Shown: piece after piece, positions 49,791 through 64,000 of the stretch
Layout of the letters: each line of letters opens with the position of its first letter
Numbering within the stretch: the stretch's first letter is position 1
Source of the DNA: Octopus vulgaris
Taxonomy: Eukaryota
Length of the DNA: 64,000 bases
Direction of reading: 5' to 3'
Assembly (NCBI GenBank): GCA_951406725.2
Contig: OX597818.1
Span: forward strand, 21,824,001-21,888,000
The notes under the pieces: generated by a model
Told to the model about the DNA's origin: nothing
Database searches by the model: none
Seen by the model: only the letters and a program-made list of their open reading frames with translations
Program-made: the position numbers and the translations under genes

Positions 49791-52700
49791 ATTATTATTA
49801 TAACTATTATTATAAGAAAGACTTATCCATACAACTCAATAATTTTGTAGTTATTTTATATAAATTCATTTGTTATTTCTTGGTTTTGCATTCTTACTGA
49901 TTCTTTGGCTTTATTTTGTACATACTAAATATGTACATGGCATTCAGCAACATTGTTGTAATATCTCATTTTTGTTTTCCTATACCTAATGCCAAAAATA
50001 GAGAAAGAACATATCTTAGAAGATGGTTTATTGTAAACCCATTAAAGTTAAATGAAGGAAACACAAACCACATTTTATAGATTGCAATAGTTAACTGCCA
50101 CCACCTACTCACTCTCATGGCTGACAGGAATGTAATTGCTGCAATTAATATATTCAACAAAAGAACTTGCTCTTATTTCTAAACTCTTCGTTTTGTCTTC
50201 CTTAGTTTATATTCTGTGATTCTAGTGTTGAGAGTGAATTGTGTCAGTCAACCACTTTGTTGTATGTTTTGTTCCATGTCTGGAACAGATTCCTTTAAAG
50301 TGGTGGTGGTGGTGGGGTTTCACATTTTCCACTCTTTGGTTTCTCATTTTCTGTTTTGTTAGTTCACATTTAACTGAGTTGTACCTTCCATCTTTGTTAT
50401 CTGGCTGGAATAGATTCATTTCCAGTATTGAGAATTTTCTGTGGAAAGATAAGAATTCCTGAAAGAACATGTATTAACTCAACTTTCCAGTTTCTACTTC
50501 CCCATATGCTTTGACTTAATGTCAAATCAAGATTTTATTGATATGTTCCAAGTGGAGTAGAGACGATGGTGGGAGGCAGAAACACTGGGCTTACAGTAAT
50601 TTTCCATTCCTTTTGGTACTAAATTCATATTCCACTAGAACTGATTCAGTTTTTCATCATTTGAAGCAAGTGAGATGTCCAAGTTGTTATTATTCAGCCA
50701 CAGAGCAGCTCTGAGTAAGAAGCTTTATGACCAGAGGTGATTTAGTGACCAACTAATTCCTCTTCTCTACATACAGTGTATCAAGAACTACATTATCTAA
50801 AAGGTGAGTTTTGAAGAAAGACTCTCCTAAAATGTCAGAATTCACATTTGGTTTCTCCAGTTTAATTGATAATCAAACCACAAGCTGCACTCTCATGTCA
50901 TGGTTGAGTAATTAGTAGCTGTAAGAAATGCATTTATACACTTATAAAACAATTATTCCAACAAAATCACTCCACCATGCAAATTTGACAAAAGCTGTAA
51001 AACAGTCTTGTATTTACTATAGTAATGTTAATAAAAAAAAAGATTTTTTAAAAATAAAAAAGTTTGTTAATATATAAATGCAAGCAATTTTTCTAGAGAT
51101 TGGGTCCCTGTATAAAGTGTCATTTGTCATTTTGTAAAAAAGTAAATAAACAATAAAAAGGTCCAGCAAATTCAGTTGATTATAATACCCACCCACCCTT
51201 ACAAAAATTCATTTGGATTATATAAAGAAGACATCATCGTCACTTAATGTCCACTTATCTATGCTTGGCATCAGAGGGAATTTTCTATGACCAGATGTTC
51301 TTCTTGTCATCAAACCTCACCTGTTTCAAAGCTAGGTGATATTTTCTCATGGACATGTTCTTCGTTGAAATTGAAAATGAACAGCACCACTTGTATGTTG
51401 GTGATGCTTGTTTACAATCATAGATAATGTTAAGAGAAAGATACACAGAAAACACACGTGCACACGCATATGCGCAGACACATACACACACACACATGCA
51501 CACACACGATAGGCTTCTTTCAGTTTTTGTCTGCCAAATCCACTCACAAGGCTTTTGTTGGCACAGGGCTAGAGTAGAAAAGACTTGCCCAAGGTACTGT
51601 GCAGCGGAACTGAACCTGAGACTCACATGGTTGGGAAGCAGTGCTTTCTTTTTTTAAAATATGAATATGAAAACAGTATTCATGAACATTTTTTCTTGAA
51701 AGTCATATGGTGGTTGGAGTTAGGAAGGGCATCCAGCCATAAAAGCCCTGCTAAAACAGACAGTGAAGCCTGGAGCAGTTTTCTGCTTAGCCAGCCCATC
51801 AAACCATCCAACCCATGCCAGCTTGGAAAACAGATGTTAATTGATAATGATGATGATGATGATATACTTTTCTCAGTCTGTTAAGATTTTTCTGTCCTTT
51901 CTTATTGTTGCTGTTGTGTAGGTTGTGTGACATATTTTATTTTTAATAATCTGTAGGTTAGGTGCAGGTGTGGGTGTGTTGTAAAATGTTTGCTTCCGAG
52001 CCACATGGTTCTGTGTTCATTCCCATTGCATGGCACCTTGAGCAAATGTCTTCTACTATATCCTCAGTCTAACCAAGGCCTTATGAGTGGATTTGGTAGA
52101 TAGAAACTGAAAGAAACTTGTGTGTGTGTGTATGTGAGTGAGTGTGTGTACTTGTGTTTGTCCTTCATCACTGCTTGACAACCAGTGTTAGTGTGTTTAC
52201 ATCCTCATAACTTAGCAGTTTGGTGAAAAGACCAATAGAAAAAGTACCAGGCTTTAAAAAAGTAAGTACTGGGGTCGATTTGTTTGACTAAAAGTCTTCC
52301 AGGTGGTGCCCCAGTATGGCCACAGTATAATGACTGAAACAACTAAGAGGTAAAAGGTATACTATTCCAAAGGGAAGATTTTGTATGCACAGTTTGCTTC
52401 ATATCCTCCTGTACTCCTTTGTCTTTGTGTGAGTGGCTAATGCATCCTTCAATGGTTAATGTATCCTTCCCCTTTTTAAGAAGGTAGAGTGTGATTTGAA
52501 TAAATTTGATGGGTATTTCTATCACAGCAATCAGCTTCATAGAGGCTCCCTCATTGATTGAATTGCTGTATTGTGCGATGAATCTATCACAATCTTTTAA
52601 TCTTAAAAGGCAGAAAAAGACCAGTCTCTTACTTGAGCGGACAACAGGAAATAGTCTCACACAGCAGATGAAGTTGTATTACTTTGAATTCAAGTAGCTC

Positions 52701-52811
52701 TATAGCAAAAGAAAATTTCAATATCATATGTTTCGAACTTAATTGTATGTGGGCTTGTTTTAAAGTAAATAATTTCTTCATCTAAATGAATTATGTGGAA
52801 CATGATCTTCA

Positions 52812-52817
<6 letters not shown>

Positions 52818-52860
<43 letters not shown>
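52818..52860. repeat. (GT)n microsatellite; other long tracts: (TA)n/(TACA)n 6011-6160, 7591-7620, 10605-10640, 11800-11870, 16400-16465, 25303-25360; (TC)n 32780-32832, 41145-41205; (TTA)n 23480-23530
   Basis: Directly visible. Confidence 0.95.
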
Positions 52861-52863
<3 letters not shown>

Positions 52864-55464
52864 AGAATAGGTACATTGTATTGTGGTAAACTGTAACAGG
52901 CAATTAAAAGGGTTTATTTAAAGAAAAGCATCTGGCTTTTAAACAGGACCTCTAAAAGTCTCATTCAACCCATACCTGCTTAGAGATGCAGATGTAAAAA
53001 CTATGATGAGATATATATATATATATAGAGAGAGAGAGAGGAGAAATGTGTGTGTGTGTGTATCATATACTGTTTTTCATGTAATAACTACAAATGAAAG
53101 CAACAACAATAGTAAATGTGTTTGCTTTCAATTATTAAGTAGTAATTAAAGAGAAATGGTTAATAAAAGAAACCCATTAATAAATCTATCTTAGTTAATA
53201 TGTGTATTAATGACTTCATGAGTGTGTAGGTATTGGGTCATAGAGAAAGATTTGAATAGATTGATGTTAACACCTGGTCAGGTCTGATTGAGTATGACCA
53301 TAAGCACTCCTGTTGAGACCAGGTTATCTTTTTTTTTATAAATATAGTTTATCTCAGTCTATATTATCCATCATTTCCTTTTTCTTTTTTTTCCATGACA
53401 TTTGAATTGGTTTTATGGGATTTTGACTGCTATTTCTACCAGGTCAAATGACAATATAGATGATCCTTGACTATTTTTATGTAGATTTGCTGATGTTTAA
53501 TCTCTGATCAACCATGATCAAGAAGATTTAGATCAAAGTTGTTCTAGCCTTATAGATACCCCATCACCCAATACCAGAATTCCGATATCTAATTTGTCTT
53601 TACTTTCTTGAAGACGATTTTGTAGGTGATTTGGTTGTTCTTTCTTGTAAGTTGAGTGATTGAGTAGAGGTTTCTATGCTGTTGACTCAATTTGTGAGGG
53701 TCTACTCCTAAGAATGAGCTAAAGGCATTATATGACAGAGTCAGTAGTTGAGTGGAAGATTTAAAATTCAAAATGTTAGGTGCCATTGTTGTAGATTTCA
53801 AGAAATATGCAATGTTTTAAGTAATTTTTATTGTCTTTTCTCTCAAAATATTTTTGTTGCACTAGATATTGAAATATATACTACCACTTCCCTTAAACTA
53901 AACTAAATTTTTACAGACTATTAAACTAAATACATGGCAGTTTATATCTCATTAGAAGCAACTTTATTATTCATTTTCGTGTCAATAAAATAAGTATGAG
54001 CCATGTTCTGAAGGGTAATACAATCAACTAAGCTTCTTCATTACAAATTTCTTGCCTCAGATCATTATTTGTATTGCCTTTATCTAAAATAGTTGGCATA
54101 TTCTAATTTAAAATAAGTGCTTCTGTCAAATACTTTGTTGTTAAAATTATGTTTTTCTTCTTAATTTTTCCAATAAATTTGTATGAGACACAATTTCTGT
54201 AAATTTTAGGCTCTAGATTACTTCCTACAATCTGTTCATACAAATCTTATTGGGAAGCAGTAAGAAATAGTAGTTGGGTCTCCTACAAATCACATCCTAC
54301 TATTTAAACAAAAAAATGAAAACTGTGTTGGATAATTTAGTCATGTATTGAGTAGGCTTAGTTATGACTAGTTGGTCACAACTAAAACACTTTTGTTTAC
54401 ATTGTAGTGATTTTAAGTAAGGCTCATAACTCTGCTTGTCTCAGTTTGTCTAACTGATGCAATTAAGTTCTGCAGCAACTGGCATGATATCCAGCTGCAA
54501 TAGTACTTCCTTTAACAAAATTCTTATCTTATTTCTGTCATAGAGTTGTGCTATTACAAAATCTGTCACTTTAGTTTCCCTGACTGAACAAAAGATGTTT
54601 CACTCCTACTTCATAGTTCACTGATTAGTGGCAGAAAGAGTTTTCATTTATTAAAAAAAAAATTGCTCCAATAAATAAACCATCCTTAGAGTTATTTATT
54701 CTTGAAACAATTCTAATTTTCTATATGGACCAGTTACATTCTTGTACATTTATTTAATGATTCTTCCATCACTACTTCAGTTAGTATGGCAAAGGATATG
54801 CTTCACTGATAATGCTATTTACTGTTAGTATCTGGAGTTATTTCCCATACTTTACTGACCCAAACAATATTAGCCAATGACTAATTTTGTTTTCCCCCCT
54901 CAGTATAATTATTTGTAGTTGGCCTCTTAATGCTCCCTAATTAGGTATGTTAACATTTTCTCAACATTTTAATTAATATATATTTCAGATATAGAGGAAC
55001 AGAAGTAAATAGTTAAAACAAAGCTAAACAAAAAGGAATCCCCTGCAATTGATATTTTATAGAAGGTTGTATGTAAATTGACAGAATCAAGTAAATCATT
55101 GGACAAAATGCTTTGTTGTACATTCTGAGTTGTTTTTCATCCTTCCAGACAGAGATAAAAATTAAGTACCAGTGAAGCACTGGTGTCGATATAATTGCCC
55201 ATTATATTTGAAGCCGCATAACTCTGTTAGAAATTATTATTTTGCAATGTCAAACATGGAAGGTATTTTTATATATCTTTAACATGTAGTCTGAGAAAAT
55301 TTTAAAAATTGCAAGAACAAAATTATATTTTAGGCTCTATATTTATTTATTTTGCATATTTTAATGAAACATAATTTAAACCATCTTTTAGCTGCCTTCA
55401 ATGCAACATTGCTGAGTGAATTAACATTTCCTGATCAACTGAACAGTGTCACAGTTTAGATATT

Positions 55465-55499
55465 AATTAATCCAAGCAAGGCTGGGCATGGCTACTAGT
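55465..55499 (+). mobile_element. Probable Helitron 3' terminus (5' end not located)
   Basis: CCAAGCAAGGCTGGG hairpin remnant followed by CTACTAG|T. Confidence 0.45.
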
Positions 55500-56907
55500 A
55501 TTTATATATATATATATATGTATGTGTTTGTGTAATTAGCCTTTGATATAAGTTAATTAATTACATAATTTGAAGATAATTAAGTCATATATGTGTAAAA
55601 TGATAAATTTTTTCTGGGGCAAAGGATTTCATAAAGCTGGAGTTTATTTGTGGCCTATTTAGTTTGAAACATAATTATGGACCATGCAAAAGATGAACCT
55701 GCCTATAGAATATTTTCGTAAGTAACATTCCCAAAATATTAATATTTCCTTTGCTGATGTCTAGACAACTTCTGATTGTAGCTTTTGAACTAGCAGAAAG
55801 CTATTCTGTTGGTGAACATCTTGTTTTTTTTTTTTCTTCCTCCCTAGTTGAAGTTTCTCTAGGACTACATTATCCAATGTGCCTGTCCTGTTTTAGGATT
55901 GTAGGCTATGATTGGTGTTTGAATACCATTTGCAGCAGGCTGAGAGACAAAATTGTACCTCTCTTATTGGCTCATTCTCACTGTCGATGTGTGCATTTGT
56001 GTATGTATCCAATCTGTCAGATACATTGTATATTTGATATATGTTACTGCCTGTGTTGCAAATATCCTATGTAGAAGTAAAGGCCAGGGTTGTTTATTTT
56101 ACTTTCCATTTTAACAGATTTTCCTCTATCAGCATACTTGGGTTGTGAAAGAGTTTGATGTCTTTAACAGGCTTTTACCTGTGGCCATCACTTGCCACAA
56201 GACAACTGATTCTTCTTTGTTCTTACATTCCTCTCTACAGTTCATTAAGTTGAAACTACCCCTGCTCTCTAGACTGTCTTCCAATTTTACCCAAAGTAGG
56301 TCTTCCATATGAATTTTATCAACATTCCATTATTTGGCTTAATCCTGGCTTTGTTGTCAAAACCCATTTCTAACATAATGTTTGGTTTGTACCTTTATTA
56401 ATGAAAGATCAGTAAAATAACAACCAGTAAGATATTAGTAGGATAGGATTAAATTTTAAATTAATTCACAAAGAGAAGAATTTGTTTTCAAGTATGAGAA
56501 ACCTTTTTTTTCCTCTCATATTAAAAAGGTCTGAACCTTATAGCCTTTGAGACCATTTTATAGTGGAAATATATACTCAATATTCAAGTTGTGTATATTT
56601 TCTACTCTTTTTGTTTAAGTCAAATAGCTACTTCTGATTCAGAGGTGAGAAAGATAGTACTACACCAGTGACTGCCTATAGATTCTGTCTGAATCCATAA
56701 CTGTTCCTTGCCTCTAAAATGAAAATACTTTCTTTCAGGATATCAATTCATTGTGGAGTATTTTTTTCTTGAAATTATTTCCCATTCTCATTCAGAGCTG
56801 CTGAAAGTCAGTGAATGCTAGATTTTCCTTTATTTTCTCTGTCCATGAAGGAAATTTCCAAAATTATGAATTTATCATGCATTATATCCAGTACACCTTC
56901 CAGCTGC

Positions 56908-56940
<33 letters not shown>

Positions 56941-59630
56941 GACAAAAGTGAGCTAAGAGAAATAACTCAGAGTGACCAATGGCATGTATGTGAACAACAC
57001 AGACAAATACAAATATGTCAAATACCATACAACATAAATTCTTGATTTACTAAAGTTATCTTTGCCTCATGAAGACGTGTCATAATTACCAAATGGCAAT
57101 TAAGATGAGCGCCATATAAGAAAGGGAGATAATCTCAAGAATCATAAATTTGCCAAAGCTGACATGCCATTAAGGAAAATAGCAGGCTTATTGTCTGGAG
57201 ATAAGAGCACATTCATGGATATGTGTTCCTGCTTCAGTAGGTGTAACTACTACTGAAATTGACCAGTATCCAAGGAATTTACATAAAAAGAGTATAAAAT
57301 TTCTGGTACAATGTTAAATTCAGTATAGTTAAGTGGAGGGAGGTGTTATTGTTTAAGTTCTTTGTCATTTATATTCTTGAGCTTGTTGATGGAGGCTGCA
57401 TTGTCAGTTTCATCTGTGTACCGTATTTCTATGATGGGATACATTTGCTGAGCTTAATGCTTTAAATTTTTAGCCAGAGATGAAGTGGACTAGAAGGATA
57501 GTTCCCATCATTTTAACAGCATAGTAAAAAGAACACTAGGTCTTTTCGCTGTGTCGTATATAGAAGTTACTGATTATGATGTACCCTACTGGCCACTATC
57601 ATCTAGTAATCCAAGTATAAGGCATATAAGTGGTGCAAAATTTGCTCTTTACCATTCAAAGATCTTGAAATGAACTTGAACTCCACATTTTATGGAGAAG
57701 TCAAAGAAAAATGCATTCATGTATACAGTGTACTCTCTTCCAATGGCACAGTCATCCTTCATGTCTGGTTAGTTTTCAGCAGCAACACTTTGTTTCTGTA
57801 AGGGGCTAATACTGCTACAGTTTACAAAAGCTATAAGCATTGTGTCTCTTAGAACTTATGCTTGTGTGGCAGTTTCATGAGTGAAGTAAATGTACTGAAA
57901 ATTTTGTGTATGGACAAGTTGTTGAATGCTAAGGTTTCTTTATGAATAAAAAATGTGAAAAAGCATCAGAATGCCTCATTGCTGAAGATGCATTGTCATT
58001 GCTTTACCTTGCTGGTATTTGGGTAACTTCATCAAACCTGTTCTGCAGTGTAAGAACAAACATTGCAGTATTAGATCTCTTGATGATTATATGTACAGAT
58101 GTATTTGATGAACTTTATTGAATTGCAGAACTCAAAATTGATTTTTATAAAATGTCTCAGTAGGAGTAGGAAGTAGGGAACTATCCAGCCATTGTAAATT
58201 TTGTGCTACCCAACCAAAGTTTGAAAGTCTTAAACCTCTTTTCTTCTTCTTCTGTATCAAGGATTGCAATCTTCTATTTAGGTCTTCTTGTTAAGTTATC
58301 CTGGAAACTCTTTGGTGTATTTGATGCTTTTCATACAAAGTGATTTTTTGTTGAAGACACTATAGGGACCATTAGCCATCTGAAAACTGTTGATGTGATG
58401 GAATCAATTTTGATTAAATTGATATTCTATTTGTAAATCAAATGTGTGCCTGTAACAAGTCCTTTTTTTCCATGGCATTGTGGATGGAAGCATCATGTAC
58501 CTACTTCTTGTTGAAAAACAAATTATATTTGGACTTGGCCATAAATTGGAAGCTACATTTATAAAAAAATTTGTCACCTTGCTTAAATTAAAATCAGCTG
58601 TCATGTCATAATCATCAGCAGCACAACATTAATAAAGTCTTTTTGCTATAAATTGTCATGTTGCTCATGATTCTAGAGGAAGAGAGAAAGAGAAAATCAA
58701 GCAGAAGGAAAGGGCGAGAGAGAGAGAGAGAGAGCGAGAGAGAGTGAAGTGGTGAGAAAAAAAATAAAAGAGAAAGAGGAATACATAGCAGTAGAGAGGG
58801 AAGAGAAATAAAATGACTAGAAATTAAAAAAACAAAACTTCAATGAGAAGCAGGAAGAGAAGTAGAATAGAAAAACAGAGATTCAGCACTGTGGTGGTGG
58901 TGAAGAAGTGGTGATACAAATGAAAAACAGAAGAAAATGGATAAAGTCATATAATATATGCTTCTGTGAATTATGTTTCTATTTTGTCTGACTGAAATTA
59001 CTAAAAATATGATTTAGTGTAGTAAAGTTGTTAGAAGCAGGTGAAAAAGTGTCACCAAGGATTCTAAGCAAAAAAAAAGGGATAACTCATTGCAACATGG
59101 TGGGGCATTTACATTGGGGAATTCAATGAAGAAGTATTAGAAAACTTTATTCTAACATTTGTCATTGTGGTAGATAGCCCTCCCCCTTTTCTGTCTCCGC
59201 CCATGTACATCCAGATCATATCTATTTGAGTCTCCACTCCTGATTACAGAAGATTGATATGATAGGTGATAAATTTTGTTTCTTCTTGTTTAACTACCCA
59301 TGCAGACAGATACACTATACATGCAAAGACATGCATGTGAATAGACTCATATACGAGAGTAAGCATGCATAGTACACTTGTGAAGGTGTGAAAATATACA
59401 TGCTGATGAGCATGTAGTCGCTCTTGCATATGCACACATGGTTACTTATGTATGCTCAGTGACATGCACACGCATATAGCCACTCCTGTACACACATAGT
59501 CACATATAACTACACATATATACACATATGAAGATCTACAGAGTAAAGACATACAGAGATTCTAAAAATTTCATTTTTGTCTTTAAACATTGCCTTGGAT
59601 TTAAGATTGAAATTAAAGGATCAGTATTAT

Positions 59631-60012
59631 TCATCATCATCATCATCATCATCGTTTAACGTCCGCTTTCCATGCTAGCATGGGTTGGACGGTTCAACTG
59701 GGGTCTGGGAAGCCCGAAGGCTGCACCAGGCCAGTCAGATGTGGCAGTGTTTCTAAGCTGCCTTACCAGGAATATAGCATCAGTGGTGCTTTTCCCTGGG
59801 ACAAACCTAAACTGCATCTCATCTAAACTAACTCTCTCTCTAATTAGTTGGGCTATGACCCTCTCCGTAACCTTCATTACCTGATCCAACAGCTTGATAC
59901 CTCTGTAATTATTTGTATCCAGGGCATCACCTTTACCTTTGTAGCAGTTGACTAGTATGCTGCTACACCAGTCATTGGGTATGACTCCTTCGTGTATCAC
60001 CTGGTTGACTAT
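59631..60012 (-). mobile_element. Internally deleted RTE LINE: RT N-terminal fragment fused to the last ~125 nt of the 3' UTR
   Basis: IPNDWCSSILVNCYKGKGDALDTNNYRGIKLL..MKVTERVI..EMQFRFVPGKSTTDAIFLVRQL, then directly AGAAACACTGCC..GGACGTTAAACGATGATGAT. Confidence 0.9.
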
Positions 60013-62739
60013 TACTTACGTAAATCTAGTCAACAGCACTATCTTCCACTGGCCTTTTGCCTTATCAACAGAAACTAGTGTTTTCTAAATATCAAAGAAA
60101 TAACTGGAAGCTTGTTCTATTGTGTGGTTGCCATGAAGAAAAATATAAGGTGTATGTGTATATTTGGAGCAAGATTAAAATACATTGCCTCACATGTGCT
60201 AGTACTTCACAAAAAAAAATTGACATCATCATCATCATCATCATCCAGTTGTTGAAAGAGTGAAGGCTTAAGCTGTGATGATAAAAAGTCTGTTTATGTA
60301 TATTGTTCAGAAATTTAAGGTTTGATGACATAGCAGTGGTTATGACTAAAGCAGTGTTGGTATGGGTGGGAGTATTTTCAAAGCACAAAAGGTTTGATAA
60401 AATACTCCCCATAAACAGCTGGATTTGGGGTAAAATGGAAAGTAGTCAAGAAGGAAATTAGGGTTAGTTTCTCTGACTCAATACAAGGCAAACAGTCAAA
60501 TAGAAAACAAAGAACCCTCAATATTTACTTGTGCAGTAAAAAAATATTCATTATAGCTGTAATATCAAAAAAGTCTTTATGGTTTTGCTATAACTGAAGA
60601 CATTTTCATTGACCAGATGGCCCTCTGTTATTTACACAAAATACTTCAGCCGGCAGATGTAGTAGCTCTCCACTGTTGTTCTGAACCATAGAATTAACTG
60701 AATTATCAGAAAATATTAAAATATAAATGTAGATATAACACTGCCACCTTGTCCTCTCTCTTATTTATCTATTTTTTTTCAACTTTAATTTAAATTTTAG
60801 TAATGATGATATTGATTTGATTTTATTGATCCAAGAAGGATGAAAGGCAATGTTCAGCTTAGTGTGATTTTGACTCAGAACACAAAGAGATGTAACTAAA
60901 TATTACAAGGCATTTTGTTCAATGATTTACTGATTATTGTCAGCCGCTACCTTCCTACGAAATATTTATTGGTGCTATATTTTGGGGTATGCATGTTGAC
61001 TTAGTTTATAGTATAAACATGTAGTGTAAACACTCAAACATTGTTGTTATCTTTCCAAATCCTGTTGTATTTCACATGAAATTTTTGGTCCTTCAAAGTT
61101 GTCTTAGTGTATAAGTTGACCTACCTTTTCTGATTGTAAATTTTGGTCTGGTTGTAAATTTTGTATGTCAGAAAATACAGTACTATTATTATTCATAATA
61201 ATAATATTCTCAAAGTTCAGAAAATATATCCTTATTTGGCACTTTGCAGTGTTTCATCATTTTTACATTCTGATGGGATTGACATTGCCTTTCATCCTTA
61301 TAGATGTCGATAAAATAAATACTTGTCAAGTGCTAGGGTTAATGAAATCAACTAAACCTCTGCTCCATTGTTTCCATTTTCCCCACCAACAAAGAGCTTA
61401 GGAATATTTTAAAATTCTTTGACATTTTCTCAAAGTGGTGCTCCTGCATGACCACAGTCCAGTGACTGAAACTAGTAAAAAGATAAAAGGATTTTATAGC
61501 GTACATATTTATTTTTTGATAATTTTGCATTGTTCATTCATTTTGCTTTGTTATGTATCAGGACATTGCATCCTTCAAAAGTTCCATGCTTCCTGAAATT
61601 CATAAGCACCACTACTGCACCTATGCACCCTTTCTTTTTTATGCCTCTTTTACTGTTCACTTTTCTGTCTTCTTGTGTTTTATTCTGTGTACTGTGCATA
61701 TACTTCTTGCTTACATTACTGTCTTTCTTTACTTGACATATTGCTACTTTCTGTCCTGAGCATACATTAATCTCATTATTATTATCAGTGGTTCTATATG
61801 GCCACCTCTGTAGTATTGGTGTTTATCATAATGGAAGTAGCAGTGAACATGCTGCCTTAGCAAATTTTGTAGACACAGCTATAAACAGAAACAGTTTGAG
61901 GGGGCACAAAAAGATTTTTTTTAAATTGTAAAAATGTAAACTGAAATGACAATAGCAAAAGCACTACCAGTACCAATTTATTTTTTCTAGCATTACTGAC
62001 TAAAAAGAGCTATTGGACATGTGTAAACTCTGGACAAAAGAAAGTGTAGAAGTGATATATCATAAAAGTGAATGATTACTTGTCCAAAGAACTTGTGCAA
62101 GAAACATGAAGGGGAAAATTATATGCCTCTGATTCTTTAAAAAGTGGGGTTGGAAGGAGGTTATTCAGACTGGTTGTTGAAGGCAGGCCGCCTAATTGTT
62201 TACACCAGGATCTATTGCCCAAAACAAAGAAAATCAGTAAGGGAGATGGATAGTATTAAACAACAGCAGATAACTATGATCACTCTGAGGTTGCAAAGCC
62301 ATAATCACAGCTCCAAGAATAGCCAGGGTGAAAGCAAATAGAATCACTTCATTCACAGAACCACTGGCACCTGGAGCCAATGAGACTTGGCTCTAGGATG
62401 CTGAGGGATCTTAACTTTCAGCTCAATGCCAACCAGAAGTTACAGACAGCAGTTTCACCTCACAGTCTTGTACTAACAGGAAGATGGAGCTCTGGAAAAG
62501 ATAGGAAACCGTCAGGGCACACACAAAAAGATTATGAGCCCAGACTGGAGGCAAATATAAAACTGGAAGTCTTTCATCAAAAATTTCCACTCTAGAGTGC
62601 CTAAACTTTATAGTAATTTGAAGGATTAACCAAAGCCTGATCAAGTTGATGATAAACCTACAAGGGATAAAACAAATTTCATGCTGACTGAAGGAAGGAT
62701 AAGGGCAAATTTTGGTTAGAGTGGGATATGTGGTGATCC

Positions 62740-63340
62740 CACCTTCCTTTTACTACAAGTGAAAGGAAAAGTGTATATGCATTTTATTAGCTTGCAATGC
62801 TGACTTTGTGCCCCAAGGTTGTTTAGTTCCCTGCTTTCCTTTTTCTATACTTCAATTACCTTTTTTGCCTCTCTGTCCAGCAATGCCCACTCTTATACAG
62901 ATGATACAACCTATCATTCCTCCCTAGTCCTCCCCAGTTCTGCATCATCTATATGCAATCTAGAGTACACACATCAAAGCTGTACTTAGATTACATCCAA
63001 AGAAAGGTCACTTGGTTGATTGGCATTAAATCAATAACAGGCATGACCCACAGGTATGCTGTCTCCTCTCTTTGTCTTTAGTATCATTATCACGGCCTCC
63101 ATTCCTTAGAATTGGCTTGTCTCTCCTGTTCAATCTTTTTTCCACATCTTATCACCAACTCCTCTAGCTCTGCACTAATCACCTTCCCACAACATCAGTC
63201 CTCTGGAATCTTCCCCCTACCAATTTCTGCAAGTGTTGATCTGCAACAGTTTTAAACATACAGCTTACTAGTTTTGGGAGGCCTGTGAAAGTCATGGGCA
63301 CTGTCCTTTCTTTCAGACTCACAACTTAAAAAAAACAAAA
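62740..63340 (+). mobile_element. Decayed CR1/L2/Jockey-group LINE RT remnant with A-rich tail
   Basis: GTGCCCCAAGGT (VPQG) at ~62808 and CACTCTTATACAGATGATACAACC (HSYTDDTT, YADD-like) at ~62888; A-rich end at ~63328. Confidence 0.5.
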
Positions 63341-64000
63341 AAACTCAAAAACCCCCTCCAAAAACTGAAAGAAGGGTGTTAGAGACCCACATCCCATACA
63401 CATTTTCTGAAAATCATCAATATTTTCCATCCAGAGATTTACGGGATTCCTCTGTAGTTTGATAGTGGTACTTTAAACTGAGTTTGTACAGTAGTGTTTT
63501 ATGGTTGAATCTGAAGTCATAAATCTGTGTGTAAGGTTTTTTGAATATATCTATACCACTCAAGATCTGTATGTAAGTTTTTTCCCTGTATTTTTAACTT
63601 TGTAAATTGATAACACAGTGCAGCAATAGTATTAATTACCTTTACCTATGTGGCTACCATGGCAAAACAAAGTCTTTTGTGTGCATTCTTTACATATCTT
63701 CATTCACCTTGTGTGCGCTATTGTAGTTAATAGGATAGGAAAATAGTTATATTCATAACTTCTTTCTGGTATACAATTCTAAGTTGGATAGAAGAATTAC
63801 TCATTCTTCTGCCTACATGTTTTTGTTATTTTAGATTCATCCATTTTTAGATATTCGCCATTGATTCATTTAGTCAAGACCTCCCTCATTTGCAATGTTT
63901 TCCACATATTTCTGTAATAAATAAATTTTAAAAGAGTGTAAGAGAAAACTGTCTTTTTTAAATTAAAAAAAAATTTTTATCCCTACAATCCTAACTATAG

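Noticed and set aside
54904-54944. Segment with good acceptor (ttttccccctcag) and TAG|gtatgt donor
   Set aside because: Stops in all three frames; unsupported as coding
57050-58680. Compositionally distinct tract that may be a decayed DNA transposon coding region
   Set aside because: No motif or terminal repeat that I can identify with confidence
60020-60084. Minus-strand exon-like segment KTLVSVDKAKGQWKIVLLTRF
   Set aside because: Its donor coincides with the rearranged 5' junction of the RTE insertion; probably coincidental
622-62644. Most ORFs in the six-frame track
   Set aside because: Short, low-complexity translations of microsatellites and SINEs (YIYI, THTH, SLSL); only transposon-derived ones have recognisable motifs

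Overview
AT-rich, microsatellite- and repeat-dense animal DNA with no long coding sequence. The tRNA-derived SINE families, RTE-LINE (GAT)n tails and (TA)n/(CA)n/(AAT)n tracts are what I associate with Octopus (coleoid cephalopod) genomes; this assignment is inference. The window is most likely intronic, with only a few short, unidentifiable exon candidates (best: 32448-32497, +). Identifiable elements: a decayed full-length Tc1-type transposon with DD36E spacing (18184-19669), a DD37D/maT relic, an R4/Dong-type LINE 3' end in (AAT)n, several RTE-type LINE pieces (one nested with a 13-bp TSD), a non-autonomous Helitron, a piggyBac-type MITE, many SINEs and four Penelope-type hammerhead ribozyme motifs. 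The most striking structure is a 1.4-kb patchwork insertion (30149-31543) built from three neighbouring loci (two copied inverted, one direct). Its pieces are joined by 2-5 bp microhomologies and it sits exactly in the TTAA at the end of the MITE. At least six further local templated copies or fold-backs of different ages occur in the window, suggesting a recurrent local copy-paste repair process that keeps generating long intronic inverted repeats (potential dsRNA). Identity values were estimated by eye; no alignment or database search was run.
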